A DNA stretch of 64,000 nt, taken from IMG/VR virus record IMGVR_UViG_3300020021_000004, positions 1 to 64,000 of that record; one strand, written 5' to 3'. The notes under the pieces are model-generated. The model did no database searches, was not told the DNA's origin, and saw only the letters and a list, made by a program, of their open reading frames with translations. How positions within the stretch are numbered: position 1 is the stretch's first letter; each line of letters opens with the position of its first letter. This DNA comes from a virus. Below are positions 37,601 to 46,005 of the stretch, piece after piece. A program made the position numbers and the translations under genes.

Positions 37601-40600
37601 CGAGATCGCATCACTGAGTGTGCGAGAGAACTCGACGGAACTGAAGGCGGAGTCCGTGGCACTGATAGCATCTTGGGGGAAGCTGGTCTCAAGGGTCGCC
37701 TGATCCGTAACGCTGATCGAATCGGTGAGCGTTCGACCATACACCGAAGCCAAGGTGGTTTGGTCGGTGACCGAAACGGCGTCCTGCGGGAAGCTGGTCT
37801 CACGGAAGAGCTGGTCCGTAGCCGAGACCGAGTCACTAGCAGACCGGCTGTACTGAATCGAAAGGGCGGTGCTGTCGGCGACCGAAACAGCGTCTTGGAC
37901 GAACAGGGTTTCGATCAACAACTGGTCGGTGATCGAGATCGAATCGCTGAAGGTGCGGCTGTACTGTGCCGAAAGGGCGGTGCTGTCCGTAACGCTGACG
38001 GCGTCTTGGGGGAAGCTGGTCTCACGGAAGGTCTGATCAGTGATTGCTACGCTATCGGAAACTGACCTACTGTACTGAATCGAAAGGGTTGTGCTATCGG
38101 TGACCGAAACGGCGTCCTGCGGGAAGGCCGTCTCACGAAGTGTCTGGTCCGTAGCCGAGACCGAGTCCGCAAGGGTCCGACCATATTCAGCTGAAGTGCT
38201 GGTGTTGTCGGTGACCGAGACCGTATCCGAAGGGAAGCTGGTCTCACGAAGGATTTGGTCCGTGACCGCCAAGGTGTCGGAGGCGGACCGAACGTAGGAC
38301 GTCTCAGCAGTAAGCTGATCCGTGACAACCACGATGTCGTTAGCAAACGCATCCAGGACTGCGTTGGTGGTGGCTTCAATGTCGTCAGTAAGGGTGATCG
38401 AGTCACTGAGAGTGATCGAATACTGTGCCGAAAGGGTCGTGCTGTCGGTGACCGAGACCGTGTCCGACCCGCTCCTACCGTACTCAGCCGAGGTGCTGGT
38501 GCTGTCGGCGGAGCTGACGCTGTCTTGAGGGAAGCTGGTCTCACGGAGGGTTTGATCCGTGACGGTGATCGAGTCGCTGAGCGACCGTCCGAACACAAAT
38601 GAAGTGCTCGTCGTATCAGTGACGCTGACCGCATCCTGAACGAAACCCGTTTCGATCGTTGTTTGATCGGTGAACGTTACGCTGTCGCTGAGCGACCTGC
38701 TGTACTGGATCGAAAGGGTCGTCTGATCCGTGACACTGAAGGCGTCTTGCGGAAAGACGGTGTCGACCAGCTTCTGGTCAGTGACACTGACGTTGTCCGA
38801 GAGCGTGATCGAGTACTGAAGGGACGTCGTAGCGGTATCGGTGACGCTGACGCTGTCCTGACGGAAAACACTGTCGACCAACAACTGGTCGCTGACCGTG
38901 ACCGAGTCCGCAAGCGTGCGGCCATACTCCACCGAGGTCTTGATCGTATCGCTGACGCTAACAGCGTCTTGGGGGAAGCTGGTCTCACGAAGCGTCTGAT
39001 CAGTGACCGAAACTGCGTCCGAAATGGTGCGGTTGTACTGTGCCGAAAGGGTGATGCTGTCTGTAACGCTGACAGCATCTTGGGGGAAGCTGGTCTCACG
39101 AAGCGTCTGATCAGTGACCGCTACGCTGTCGCTGAGCGACCGGCTGTACTGGGCCGAAACAAGGGTCGAATCCGTAACGTCGATCGCATCAACGTTGAAA
39201 GTGGTCTCGACCAACAACTGGTCGCTGACCGTGACCGAATCACTTAGCGACCTAGAGAAATCTAGGGAGGCGGTGATCGAATCCGTGACAGCTGCGCTAT
39301 CCGAAAGCGTCTTAGCGTACTCTAGGGACGTTGACGGGCTGTCGGTGACCGAGACCGCGTCCGAGAGGCTGACGTCGGTGATGCGGCCTGTGGTGGCCGA
39401 CACATCATCGGCAACCGAAAGACTGTCCGAAAGGCTGCGGCCGTACTCGACCGAAAGAGTTGAACTGTCGGTAACGCTGACGGCATCTTGGGGGAAGCTG
39501 GTCTCACGGAAGGTCTGATCCGCGAGGGTGATCGAATCACTGAGAGTGATCGAGTACTGTGCCGAAAGGGTCGTGCTGTCGGTGACCGAAACAGCGTCTT
39601 GGACGAACAGGGTCTCGACCAACAACTGGTCGCTGACCGCTACACTGTCGCTAAGAGTGCGGTTGTACTGTGCCGAAAGAGTGGTGCTGTCTGTAGTCGA
39701 GACGGCGTCCTGCGGGAAGCTGGTCTCACGAAGGGTCTGGTCAGTGACCGCCAGGGTGTCGCTGAGAGACCGGCTGTACTGAATCGAAAGGGTTGTGCTA
39801 TCGGTGACCGAAACGACGTCCTGCGGGAAGCTAGTCTCGCGGAGGGTCTGGTCAGTGGCCGCTACACTGTCGCTGAGAGTGCGGTTGTAAGCGAAGGCTG
39901 TCGTCGTCGAATCCGTGACATCGATCGCATCAACGTTAAAAGTGGTCTCGATCAGCGTCTGATCAGTGACCGCTACGCTGTCATTGATCGACCGGCTGTA
40001 CTGGATCGAAAGAGTCGTCGAATCCGTGACACTGGCGCTGTCCGAAAGGCTTCGATCAACAGTGATCGCCAACTGGTCGGTGACGCTCGCAGTGTCACTG
40101 AGGGTGCGGTCGTATTGGGCCGAAGTTGCGATCGAATCCGCGACCGCTACGCTGTCCGACAGAGTACGAGCGTAAACCGTCGAGGCTGAGGTGCTGTCAG
40201 TGACGTCGGCCGCATCCGAAACACTGACGTCGGTTGCCGAGGCCAGGCTATCGGTGACGGTGATCGTGTCCGAGAGGCTGATGCTGTACGAGAGCGAAAG
40301 GCTGGTCTGGTCAGTGACCGAAATCGTCTCAGCCGGAGAAATGAGGTCGAAGTCACCCGATGTCGCGACGCTGATGCTATCGCTGAGAGACCTGGAGTAC
40401 TGGATCGAGGTGCTGGTCTGGTCAGTAACGCTGACGCTGTCCTGACGGAAGACCGTTTCGACCAACAGCTGATCGCTGACCGCTATGCTGTCGCTGAGGG
40501 TGCGGTTGTACTGTGCCGAAAGGGTCGTACTATCTGTAGTCGAGACCGTGTCCTGCGGGAAGCTGGTCTCGCGGAGGATCTGATCCGTGACCGCTACGCT

Positions 40601-41362
40601 GTCACTGAGAGACCTGCTGTACTGGACGGACAGCGTGGTGCTGTCCGTGACATCGATCGCATCGATGTTGAAGCTAGTCTCGACCAACAGCTGATCAGTA
40701 ATGGCTACGGTGTCACTGATCGACCTGGAGAAGGTCAGGCTCGGAGCCGCCGAATCGGTGACCGCTGCGGTATCGCTGAGGGTGATCGAGTACTGAAGGG
40801 ACAGCTGAGTGCTGTCCGTGATCGAGGGTGCATCAGAGACACTGATGTCTGCGATCTGGCCCGCAGCAATCGTTAGATCCTCGGTGATGGTTACCGAGTC
40901 GCTGAGGGTGCGGTTGTACTGAGCTGAAGTGCTGGAGCTGTCGGTGACGCTGACCGCATCCTGAGGAAAGGTCGTCTCACGCAGCGTCTGATCAGTAACC
41001 GCTACAGTGTTACTGAGAGTCCGACCATAGACCCAAGAAAGGGTCGTGCTGTCGGTGACCGAGATCGTGTCCGAGACCGACACGTCGATCGCCGACGGGT
41101 GTAGAATCTCGATGACATCACTGTCGGTGATCGAGATTTGATCGCGGGTGAACTCTTCCAGCAGAGCGCTGCTGGTGACCGCTACAGTATCGGAGAGAAC
41201 TAGGCTGTAGACCGCAGCAGTGCGGACGCTGTCACTGATGCTGACATCATCGTCGGTGATCTCCGCAAAGCCCGACGTTGATACTGAGATAGTATCCGAG
41301 ACTTTGATGTCGAGTCGGCTCGCACCATTTGCGAAGAGCAGGAAGGAGCCAAGACCGGCCAT
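34700..41362 (-). CDS. Giant Asp/Thr/Ser-rich repeat fibre protein (2220 aa) with C-terminal Ig-like anchor domain
   Basis: D-x-[VIL]-x-[VIA]-[TS]-D motif repeated throughout; C-terminal ~110 aa aligns by eye with the adaptor N-terminus. Confidence 0.85.
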   Translation of the reverse strand: MAGLGSFLLFANGASRLDIKVSDTISVSTSGFAEITDDDVSISDSVRTAAVYSLVLSDTVAVTSSALLEEFTRDQISITDSDVIEILHPSAIDVSVSDTISVTDSTTLSWVYGRTLSNTVAVTDQTLRETTFPQDAVSVTDSSSTSAQYNRTLSDSVTITEDLTIAAGQIADISVSDAPSITDSTQLSLQYSITLSDTAAVTDSAAPSLTFSRSISDTVAITDQLLVETSFNIDAIDVTDSTTLSVQYSRSLSDSVAVTDQILRETSFPQDTVSTTDSTTLSAQYNRTLSDSIAVSDQLLVETVFRQDSVSVTDQTSTSIQYSRSLSDSISVATSGDFDLISPAETISVTDQTSLSLSYSISLSDTITVTDSLASATDVSVSDAADVTDSTSASTVYARTLSDSVAVADSIATSAQYDRTLSDTASVTDQLAITVDRSLSDSASVTDSTTLSIQYSRSINDSVAVTDQTLIETTFNVDAIDVTDSTTTAFAYNRTLSDSVAATDQTLRETSFPQDVVSVTDSTTLSIQYSRSLSDTLAVTDQTLRETSFPQDAVSTTDSTTLSAQYNRTLSDSVAVSDQLLVETLFVQDAVSVTDSTTLSAQYSITLSDSITLADQTFRETSFPQDAVSVTDSSTLSVEYGRSLSDSLSVADDVSATTGRITDVSLSDAVSVTDSPSTSLEYAKTLSDSAAVTDSITASLDFSRSLSDSVTVSDQLLVETTFNVDAIDVTDSTLVSAQYSRSLSDSVAVTDQTLRETSFPQDAVSVTDSITLSAQYNRTISDAVSVTDQTLRETSFPQDAVSVSDTIKTSVEYGRTLADSVTVSDQLLVDSVFRQDSVSVTDTATTSLQYSITLSDNVSVTDQKLVDTVFPQDAFSVTDQTTLSIQYSRSLSDSVTFTDQTTIETGFVQDAVSVTDTTSTSFVFGRSLSDSITVTDQTLRETSFPQDSVSSADSTSTSAEYGRSGSDTVSVTDSTTLSAQYSITLSDSITLTDDIEATTNAVLDAFANDIVVVTDQLTAETSYVRSASDTLAVTDQILRETSFPSDTVSVTDNTSTSAEYGRTLADSVSATDQTLRETAFPQDAVSVTDSTTLSIQYSRSVSDSVAITDQTFRETSFPQDAVSVTDSTALSAQYSRTFSDSISITDQLLIETLFVQDAVSVADSTALSIQYSRSASDSVSATDQLFRETSFPQDAVSVTDQTTLASVYGRTLTDSISVTDQATLETSFPQDAISATDSAFSSVEFSRTLSDAISATDQTLTEKAFPQDAVSVSDTLTLAAQYSRTLSDTVSTTDESDATTSAFEAVTVNDAVSVTDSTTLSLEISRSAADTISTTDESETANNDIALSDSVTVSDQLLVETIFGVDVVSLTDSTSRSADFSRTLSDTVSITDQVLDEEVFRSDAISVTDSTVSSVEFSRTLSDVLSATDQALIEKAFPQDAISVTDQLLLAAQYNRTLSDTVSVTDEASTEQETEVNDSVSVTDSTALSVEYGRSFSDSIAVTETLSAGLEKVRTVSDAVSVTDQSVTSLEFSKSLSDTISVTDTDIPSQDKDRSASDTLSVTDQTTLSTVYARTGSDAVSTSDTANASFEVSRAVNDTIVVTDATSIEVHKNVSDTVSVTDQTSLNGDFSRTLSDTFSTTEAVFAGLEKVRTVSDAISVTDALSVEVDKTLADATSVTDTLTLAAEYGRTLSDIVSVTDQTSISSVYNRTLSDSVSITDTASASFEIARAVSDTISVTETLTVDLFQGLSVLVTDAVSITDQLSPSTQYSKTASDAVAVADSAATSFTYERAASDSASVTDSVAVTRELSRSGSDTITVVEQLSPNTDYIRRLQDALVLADQLSSSSQYVRTASDIVSVTDAISIEVRKTVSDAISVTDQAVLVAEYARNLTDTISITETLRASTDYVRTVQDVVDVTDEVQIFAERGVAVQDAIDITDSFSKIVSYVRSASDALVVTEQFQASTDYIRAGQDTVSVTDSITLSTEKDATVQDTVSVTDDVAAGLAIFIDLSDALVVADQLQASTDYIRRVIDSLDLTDLLLVDKEQSRTVSDVMGVSDALFVQVNYTRLPAEAVQIFDDCIVRVYNNGVQPKPTPVGPSKTFRYLQTLTARDLCLRLADRQGMYSPVAVYYTFFQIAASGVPMPVGGRKKAVVGPGVGEYYVVGLAGEQGQPGQWLIRWEIQKTYGSPLQFVEQPFLVQDAAPVEKFQPPRVIKHGWE
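35150..41320 (-). repeat. Degenerate intragenic tandem repeats (17+20 aa, 111-bp super-unit in the core)
   Basis: e.g. DSVAVTDQTLRETSFPQ / DAVSVTDSTTLSAQYSRSLS; recurrent DNA gggaagctggtctcacg. Confidence 0.9.
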
Positions 41363-41370
41363 CTAAACCC

Positions 41371-41463
41371 TCAAAAAAGGACGGGCAGTAGCCATCGTTT
41401 GACGACCACTGCCCAGACGCAATCGATGTCAATGTCGATGGCGGTCGCCCAAAAAGCGACCCA
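41371..41463 (-). promoter_or_regulatory. Two hairpins flanking a hexamer-phased tract; second hairpin plus U-tract resembles a terminator/attenuator before the giant fibre gene
   Basis: Coding strand GGTCGC..GCGACC, then CCATCG ACATTG ACATCG, then GGGCAGT...ACTGCCC-GTCCTTTTTT. Confidence 0.55.
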
Positions 41464-41721
41464 TTACTGAGTGAACGCCGTGACCTGGTAGTACTGACTT
41501 GAGGTCAAGTTGTTGAAGATGGGCTTGATATCCGCGTCCAAGTCAAAGGCTTCAGTCAATTTGATCCAAAGCAGGGGTTCCGTAGTGATGTTCAGAAGGA
41601 CTTCGGAAACATTTCCGTTGTAATCCAACGTGTACATGAGCACAGGAATTTCGTAACCACCCGCATCTAAAGCAGAGAGCAAGGACGTAGCTTGAGCAGC
41701 GTTAACCACAACCTTGATCAT
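41464..41721 (-). CDS. Small hypothetical protein
   Basis: 85 aa, ATGA-coupled to the upstream gene. Confidence 0.65.
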   Translation of the reverse strand: MIKVVVNAAQATSLLSALDAGGYEIPVLMYTLDYNGNVSEVLLNITTEPLLWIKLTEAFDLDADIKPIFNNLTSSQYYQVTAFTQ

Positions 41722-42353
41722 ACCGGAACCTCTTCCCAGGTCATCCCGAAGATGGCCAACGGAGTGGTGCCCGCAGCAGCAATTCCCTGCAAGGAGAGGC
41801 AGTTACCGGGCAGCACGATGAACTTGCCATCCGTACGATCCACCATCGGAGGACCTGGGGCGACAGCGCCACCTGCGAAAGCATTCAAGGTGAACACAGG
41901 ACGGAGGATGGCTGAGGTAGCGGCTACAGTCGAGCCAGTGAAGATCAAGCCTTGACCCTGCGTTGGAGACCCAATGCGATTGCTCCTAGGGGTGAGCTGT
42001 GTACCACCAGTCGGGTTGGCATTCGTGGTCTGAGGGTTCCAAGCAAGTACGACCGTGCCTGCACCCCAGGTACCCGACACATAACCCATGCTGATATCGA
42101 TCAGCACCAAATTGACAGGAGATCCAATCGGGTTGTAGAGGGTGAAGGGCGGAGCCGTACCCAACGCAGTACCGGGCGCCACGCCAGCTGCGGCGTTAGT
42201 CCCTGAGTAAATGTTGCCGCGGTAGTTGGTCTCGTAGTAGCTGCCATGGGCATCGGCAACTGCGGTTGACCCATCCTTGAGGAGACGGGGATCCTGAAGA
42301 GTGCCGTCCTGAGCAACCACTACGCCAACACGGCCTTGAATTTCGATAGCCAT
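41718..42353 (-). CDS. Putative virion fibre/decoration protein, paralog of 42385-43023
   Basis: 211 aa beta-rich; MAIEIQGRVG...DGTLQDPRLLKD...WEEVPV. Confidence 0.75.
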   Translation of the reverse strand: MAIEIQGRVGVVVAQDGTLQDPRLLKDGSTAVADAHGSYYETNYRGNIYSGTNAAAGVAPGTALGTAPPFTLYNPIGSPVNLVLIDISMGYVSGTWGAGTVVLAWNPQTTNANPTGGTQLTPRSNRIGSPTQGQGLIFTGSTVAATSAILRPVFTLNAFAGGAVAPGPPMVDRTDGKFIVLPGNCLSLQGIAAAGTTPLAIFGMTWEEVPV

Positions 42354-42384
42354 TTTTACTTCTTCCCTTTAGAGACTTTGAAAA

Positions 42385-43023
42385 TCAGACCGGAACTTCT
42401 TCCCAGACCATGCCCAGGAGGATTAGAGGGGCAGTGCCCGCGGCACCCACGCCTTGAATCGAAAGGCAGTTGCCGGGCAGCACAAGGAACTTGGCGTCCG
42501 AGATATCCATGACTGGAGGGAAAGGGACACCTGCGGTGGATGCCTGAGCAATCCCTACCGAAAGGAACGGGCGAAGGATCGATTGAGTGGCGGCGACGGT
42601 AGAAGCCGTGAAAGCCAAACCCTGACCCTGCGTCGGGGACCCTACGCGGCAGCTTCTAGGAGTGAGCTGAGTACCGCCGGTCGGGTTGGCGTTCGTGGTC
42701 TGAGGGTTCCAAGCAAAGACAAGGGCTACAATACCGAACAAACCCGAGACGTACCCGAAAGAAGCCTCAAGGACTGACAAATTGACGGGAGAGCCCGCGG
42801 GATTGTAGAGGGTGAAGGGCGGGGCGGTGCCGAGAGCTGTACCGGGAGCCACGCCAGCTGCGGCAATAGATGCGCAATAGACGTTGCCGCGGTAGTTGGT
42901 CTCATAGTACTTGGAGTGAGCATCCGACACCGCCGTCGAGGCATCCTTCAGAAGGCGGGGATCCTGCAACGTGCCGTCTTGTGCGACGATCGGGCCAACA
43001 CGACCTTGAATTTCGATAGCCAT
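42385..43023 (-). CDS. Putative virion fibre/decoration protein, paralog of 41718-42353
   Basis: 212 aa; colinear and highly similar to its neighbour. Confidence 0.75.
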   Translation of the reverse strand: MAIEIQGRVGPIVAQDGTLQDPRLLKDASTAVSDAHSKYYETNYRGNVYCASIAAAGVAPGTALGTAPPFTLYNPAGSPVNLSVLEASFGYVSGLFGIVALVFAWNPQTTNANPTGGTQLTPRSCRVGSPTQGQGLAFTASTVAATQSILRPFLSVGIAQASTAGVPFPPVMDISDAKFLVLPGNCLSIQGVGAAGTAPLILLGMVWEEVPV

Positions 43024-43032
43024 TTTGCTTCC

Positions 43033-43677
43033 TTACGCAGAACCCAAGGGTCCCTGATTGTTGCTAGAGCCGAAGGCGTTGCTGAGGATCAGGATCAACT
43101 GATCCAACTGGGCGGAGATCACATCAAGCCGGCCCATGAGGGCCAGATCCGCCACAAGAACAGTTCCGTCGGTCCTCGTGTAGACCGTGCTAGTAATGTT
43201 TCCTGCATCCGACCCCGCCATAACGTTGGCCAAAGAAGGTTGCGGCCCGCCTTCAGCGGCGTTCGAGGCCAGTACCTGACGGCCCGAGGTGTCGGTGAGC
43301 AGCGTCCTGACTAGCTTGCCGTCCGAGCCCGCTATCAAAGATGGGGCAGCAGTCGGGTTGAGGGCGGTTCCGCTCAAGACGGGGCCCACCACCACCTGAC
43401 GGTTGTAAGCATCCAACGCCAGAGCTTGGCTCAGGTTCTGGCTGACCTGCATGGTCCCCAGGGTCAGCTGGTCGAGCACCGCCTGAAAAGCCTGCCTAAG
43501 TTCGTCTATGCCCGCCCCACCGACGGGGAACGGGTTGCTGTTGCTGACGTCCCCAAAGTCGTTGTCCTGGTGCCCAAGACGGATCTTACTGACCGGGATC
43601 TTGGCTCCAGTGCCGGGATCCTCCGTCATGATGGTGTCGCCGCCGACACCTGGGTTCAGGACTGTGTTGTCAGCCAT
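43033..43677 (-). CDS. Putative fibre-associated structural protein
   Basis: MADNTVLNPGVGGDTI...VSNSNPFPV N-terminus resembling phage fibre-module proteins; short coiled coils. Confidence 0.6.
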   Translation of the reverse strand: MADNTVLNPGVGGDTIMTEDPGTGAKIPVSKIRLGHQDNDFGDVSNSNPFPVGGAGIDELRQAFQAVLDQLTLGTMQVSQNLSQALALDAYNRQVVVGPVLSGTALNPTAAPSLIAGSDGKLVRTLLTDTSGRQVLASNAAEGGPQPSLANVMAGSDAGNITSTVYTRTDGTVLVADLALMGRLDVISAQLDQLILILSNAFGSSNNQGPLGSA

Positions 43678-43754
43678 CGAACAGGGCCTTCAATCAATGC
43701 ACTATTGAGGGCATTTCTGAGGGCTTTCGTGGCCCTACGTGCCGTCCTCTGGCT

Positions 43755-44555
43755 TCAGTCGAAGCTCAGCCACCGCCGGTAGCCCCCTAGAACATCAAAA
43801 AAGAGTCCGGCATTGACGAGCGAGTCCGTGACCTTGAGGTCATCGCCCTTTTGACATTCGACCAAACCGGAGTCCGTGAGCGCTATGGTGTCGGTGCTGA
43901 GAGTCCGGTCATAGACGATCCCGACCGACATGTTGGGTTCGTCCGCATTCGTAGTGACGGTCCCATTGATGGTCCAGTCTGAGGCGTTCCCAGACTGATC
44001 CTGTCCGACAGTGGAACCCAAGTCACAAGACAGGTAGTTGGCTAAACCTAAAGTGACGATTGGAGCCTTCTGAGTCGACTCATTGAAAATTTGTGTCGAG
44101 GTAAGGGCTGTGGGTGACGCCCATTCCTTGTAGGCCGAGCACCTTTGGTGAACCGTGTTGGACAAGAAGCTGTCGAGAAGCTCCCAAGCGTTCACGCCAG
44201 AGTTCGTAGAATCAGATTGGGTAGCGGACTGCAAGACAACGTCACCCTCTTTGCGCCAATAAACCTTGGTGCCGACGCCAGAGGTCGTGACGACGCACAC
44301 GAAGACCCATCCAGGGTAGCTTCCGGAGTAGAAAGTCTGATAGCCACTAGGTGCACCTGTGACGGCTAACCCAAGGTCACCAGAAGCACCGAAGGTCCCG
44401 TCACCCGTGATGACGGCGTAGTCAGTGGTGTTTGCGGAGAACCGCATCTGCATGTTGTCACTTACGAATGACAACATGCGGAACCAGCCCATGCTGATGT
44501 TGCTGGACCCGAATCTCAGAATGAGAGAACCGGCGGACGCGCTGTCGTAGCTCAT
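43755..44555 (-). CDS. Lectin-like (LamG/ConA-like) virion protein with C-terminal fibre-repeat tag
   Basis: Shares MSY..., YWRxEG, AYKEW, QIFxES.Q.APIVT.GL.NYL.CD, DEPNM with the next two genes; ends YDRTLSTDTIALTD. Confidence 0.7.
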   Translation of the reverse strand: MSYDSASAGSLILRFGSSNISMGWFRMLSFVSDNMQMRFSANTTDYAVITGDGTFGASGDLGLAVTGAPSGYQTFYSGSYPGWVFVCVVTTSGVGTKVYWRKEGDVVLQSATQSDSTNSGVNAWELLDSFLSNTVHQRCSAYKEWASPTALTSTQIFNESTQKAPIVTLGLANYLSCDLGSTVGQDQSGNASDWTINGTVTTNADEPNMSVGIVYDRTLSTDTIALTDSGLVECQKGDDLKVTDSLVNAGLFFDVLGGYRRWLSFD

Positions 44556-44580
44556 GAGGATCCTTGAAGACGTGGGGCCA

Positions 44581-46002
44581 TCAGAACATCCTGATCTGCG
44601 TCCCTAAAAAGCGCCCGAACTCAGCCGCCCGCGTTCCAGTATCGGTCACCGCCTGAGCGTCTGTACCTGCGTCGATGTCGTAAAAGACACCCGCTTCATT
44701 GAGCTTCAGAGACAGCGTGAGGTGCCACCTGATCTGAGTATCAGTGAACGTAGCACCCACTCCGTTGGTAGCTGTAATACGCTTAGATTCCCAACGAGCT
44801 GCGTTCTGAGCCGCGAAGGCTCCTACCAGCACACCAAAGTCTGTGAAACCTGTCCCTGCATTAGGAGGGAACGCCGTATCCATTTGTGCACTAAAACCAA
44901 TCACGAGGGCCGGTTGGGATGTATTGGTGACCGTTCCCGCATCCCAACCATCAGAGCCTCCCGTGCCCGAAGTGCTGGCCAACCCGTTGTGACCGTCAAG
45001 AGGAGCCGTCGTGACGTTCACGCACTCCATGACCCCGATGGTCTTGTACTGCGTGGACGTAGAGAAGGTACAAGTGACGTTGATGGTTCCGCTTGCCGTA
45101 TTGGGGAAGTACGATTGGTAGGCGTCGAAGTTGTCGAACGTATCATGAATAGTATTCAAGGGAGACCCCCACGAACCATTCACATCATCCGCGGACGTTA
45201 TCGTGCGGGTCGTCTGGCTACCGTTATCGCAAGTCGTGTACATGACGAGCGTCGAGCCCGCCAAAATATTAGTCAACTGACACGTTAGGGTCGTCCCCAG
45301 CGTACCGGGACCCGGAGTGTCTTCGTGTATGAAGGCTTGGCGAACGTAAGCCTTCGTGATGCCCATAGAGGGCTCATCAGCATTCGTGGTAATTGTGCCC
45401 GAGACGGTCCAGTTGTTGGCTGCTGCCGATTGGTCGACGCCGATCGTGTGGCCCGCATCACACTGAAGATAATTGGCCAAGCCTGTGGTGACGATCGGAG
45501 CATTCTGCGTCGACTCCGCAAAGATCTGACCCGGGGAGAGGGCGTTGTAGGCGGTCCATTCCTTGTAGGCCGTGATCCGACAATGAACGTTATGGCTGGT
45601 CGGAGGGTTGTTCATTAAGAACAACTGCGTGAACCCACCAGCACTAGCGGTGCCCAACGTCCCGAAGTGCAGGGCCGTTTCACCCTCAGCCCGCCAGTAA
45701 CACTGATAGTTGATCCCGACCGTGTCGTCCGCGACCACGCAGAAGAAAAGCCAAGCGGTGTTACTACCGGTCGCTACAATCTGTGTGTCTGGCGGGCCGT
45801 CGGTTGTAAACCCAACTTGGGTGGTTGTGATGTTCGTGCCGTCGGCACCGATCACTAACTCGTTAAAGGTGGCTTCACCGTAAAGCAGCGTCCAAAGGGT
45901 GGTGCCCGGGTAGGTCACCACCTTCGCCCAAAACATGATGATGTGACCAAGACCCGCGGTGCGGCTCAGGATCGCTGTTGTGCTGGCGTTGTCGTAGCTC
46001 AT
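44581..46002 (-). CDS. Two-domain lectin-like virion protein with C-terminal fibre-repeat tag
   Basis: Shared N-terminal domain, second beta domain, C-terminal YDIDAGTDAQAVTD. Confidence 0.7.
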   Translation of the reverse strand: MSYDNASTTAILSRTAGLGHIIMFWAKVVTYPGTTLWTLLYGEATFNELVIGADGTNITTTQVGFTTDGPPDTQIVATGSNTAWLFFCVVADDTVGINYQCYWRAEGETALHFGTLGTASAGGFTQLFLMNNPPTSHNVHCRITAYKEWTAYNALSPGQIFAESTQNAPIVTTGLANYLQCDAGHTIGVDQSAAANNWTVSGTITTNADEPSMGITKAYVRQAFIHEDTPGPGTLGTTLTCQLTNILAGSTLVMYTTCDNGSQTTRTITSADDVNGSWGSPLNTIHDTFDNFDAYQSYFPNTASGTINVTCTFSTSTQYKTIGVMECVNVTTAPLDGHNGLASTSGTGGSDGWDAGTVTNTSQPALVIGFSAQMDTAFPPNAGTGFTDFGVLVGAFAAQNAARWESKRITATNGVGATFTDTQIRWHLTLSLKLNEAGVFYDIDAGTDAQAVTDTGTRAAEFGRFLGTQIRMF

Positions 46003-46005
46003 CGT

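Noticed and set aside
35150-41320. Regularly spaced DNA repeats resembling a CRISPR array
   Set aside because: Repeats are degenerate at third codon positions, lie inside one open frame, have no unique spacers, and no cas genes are present.
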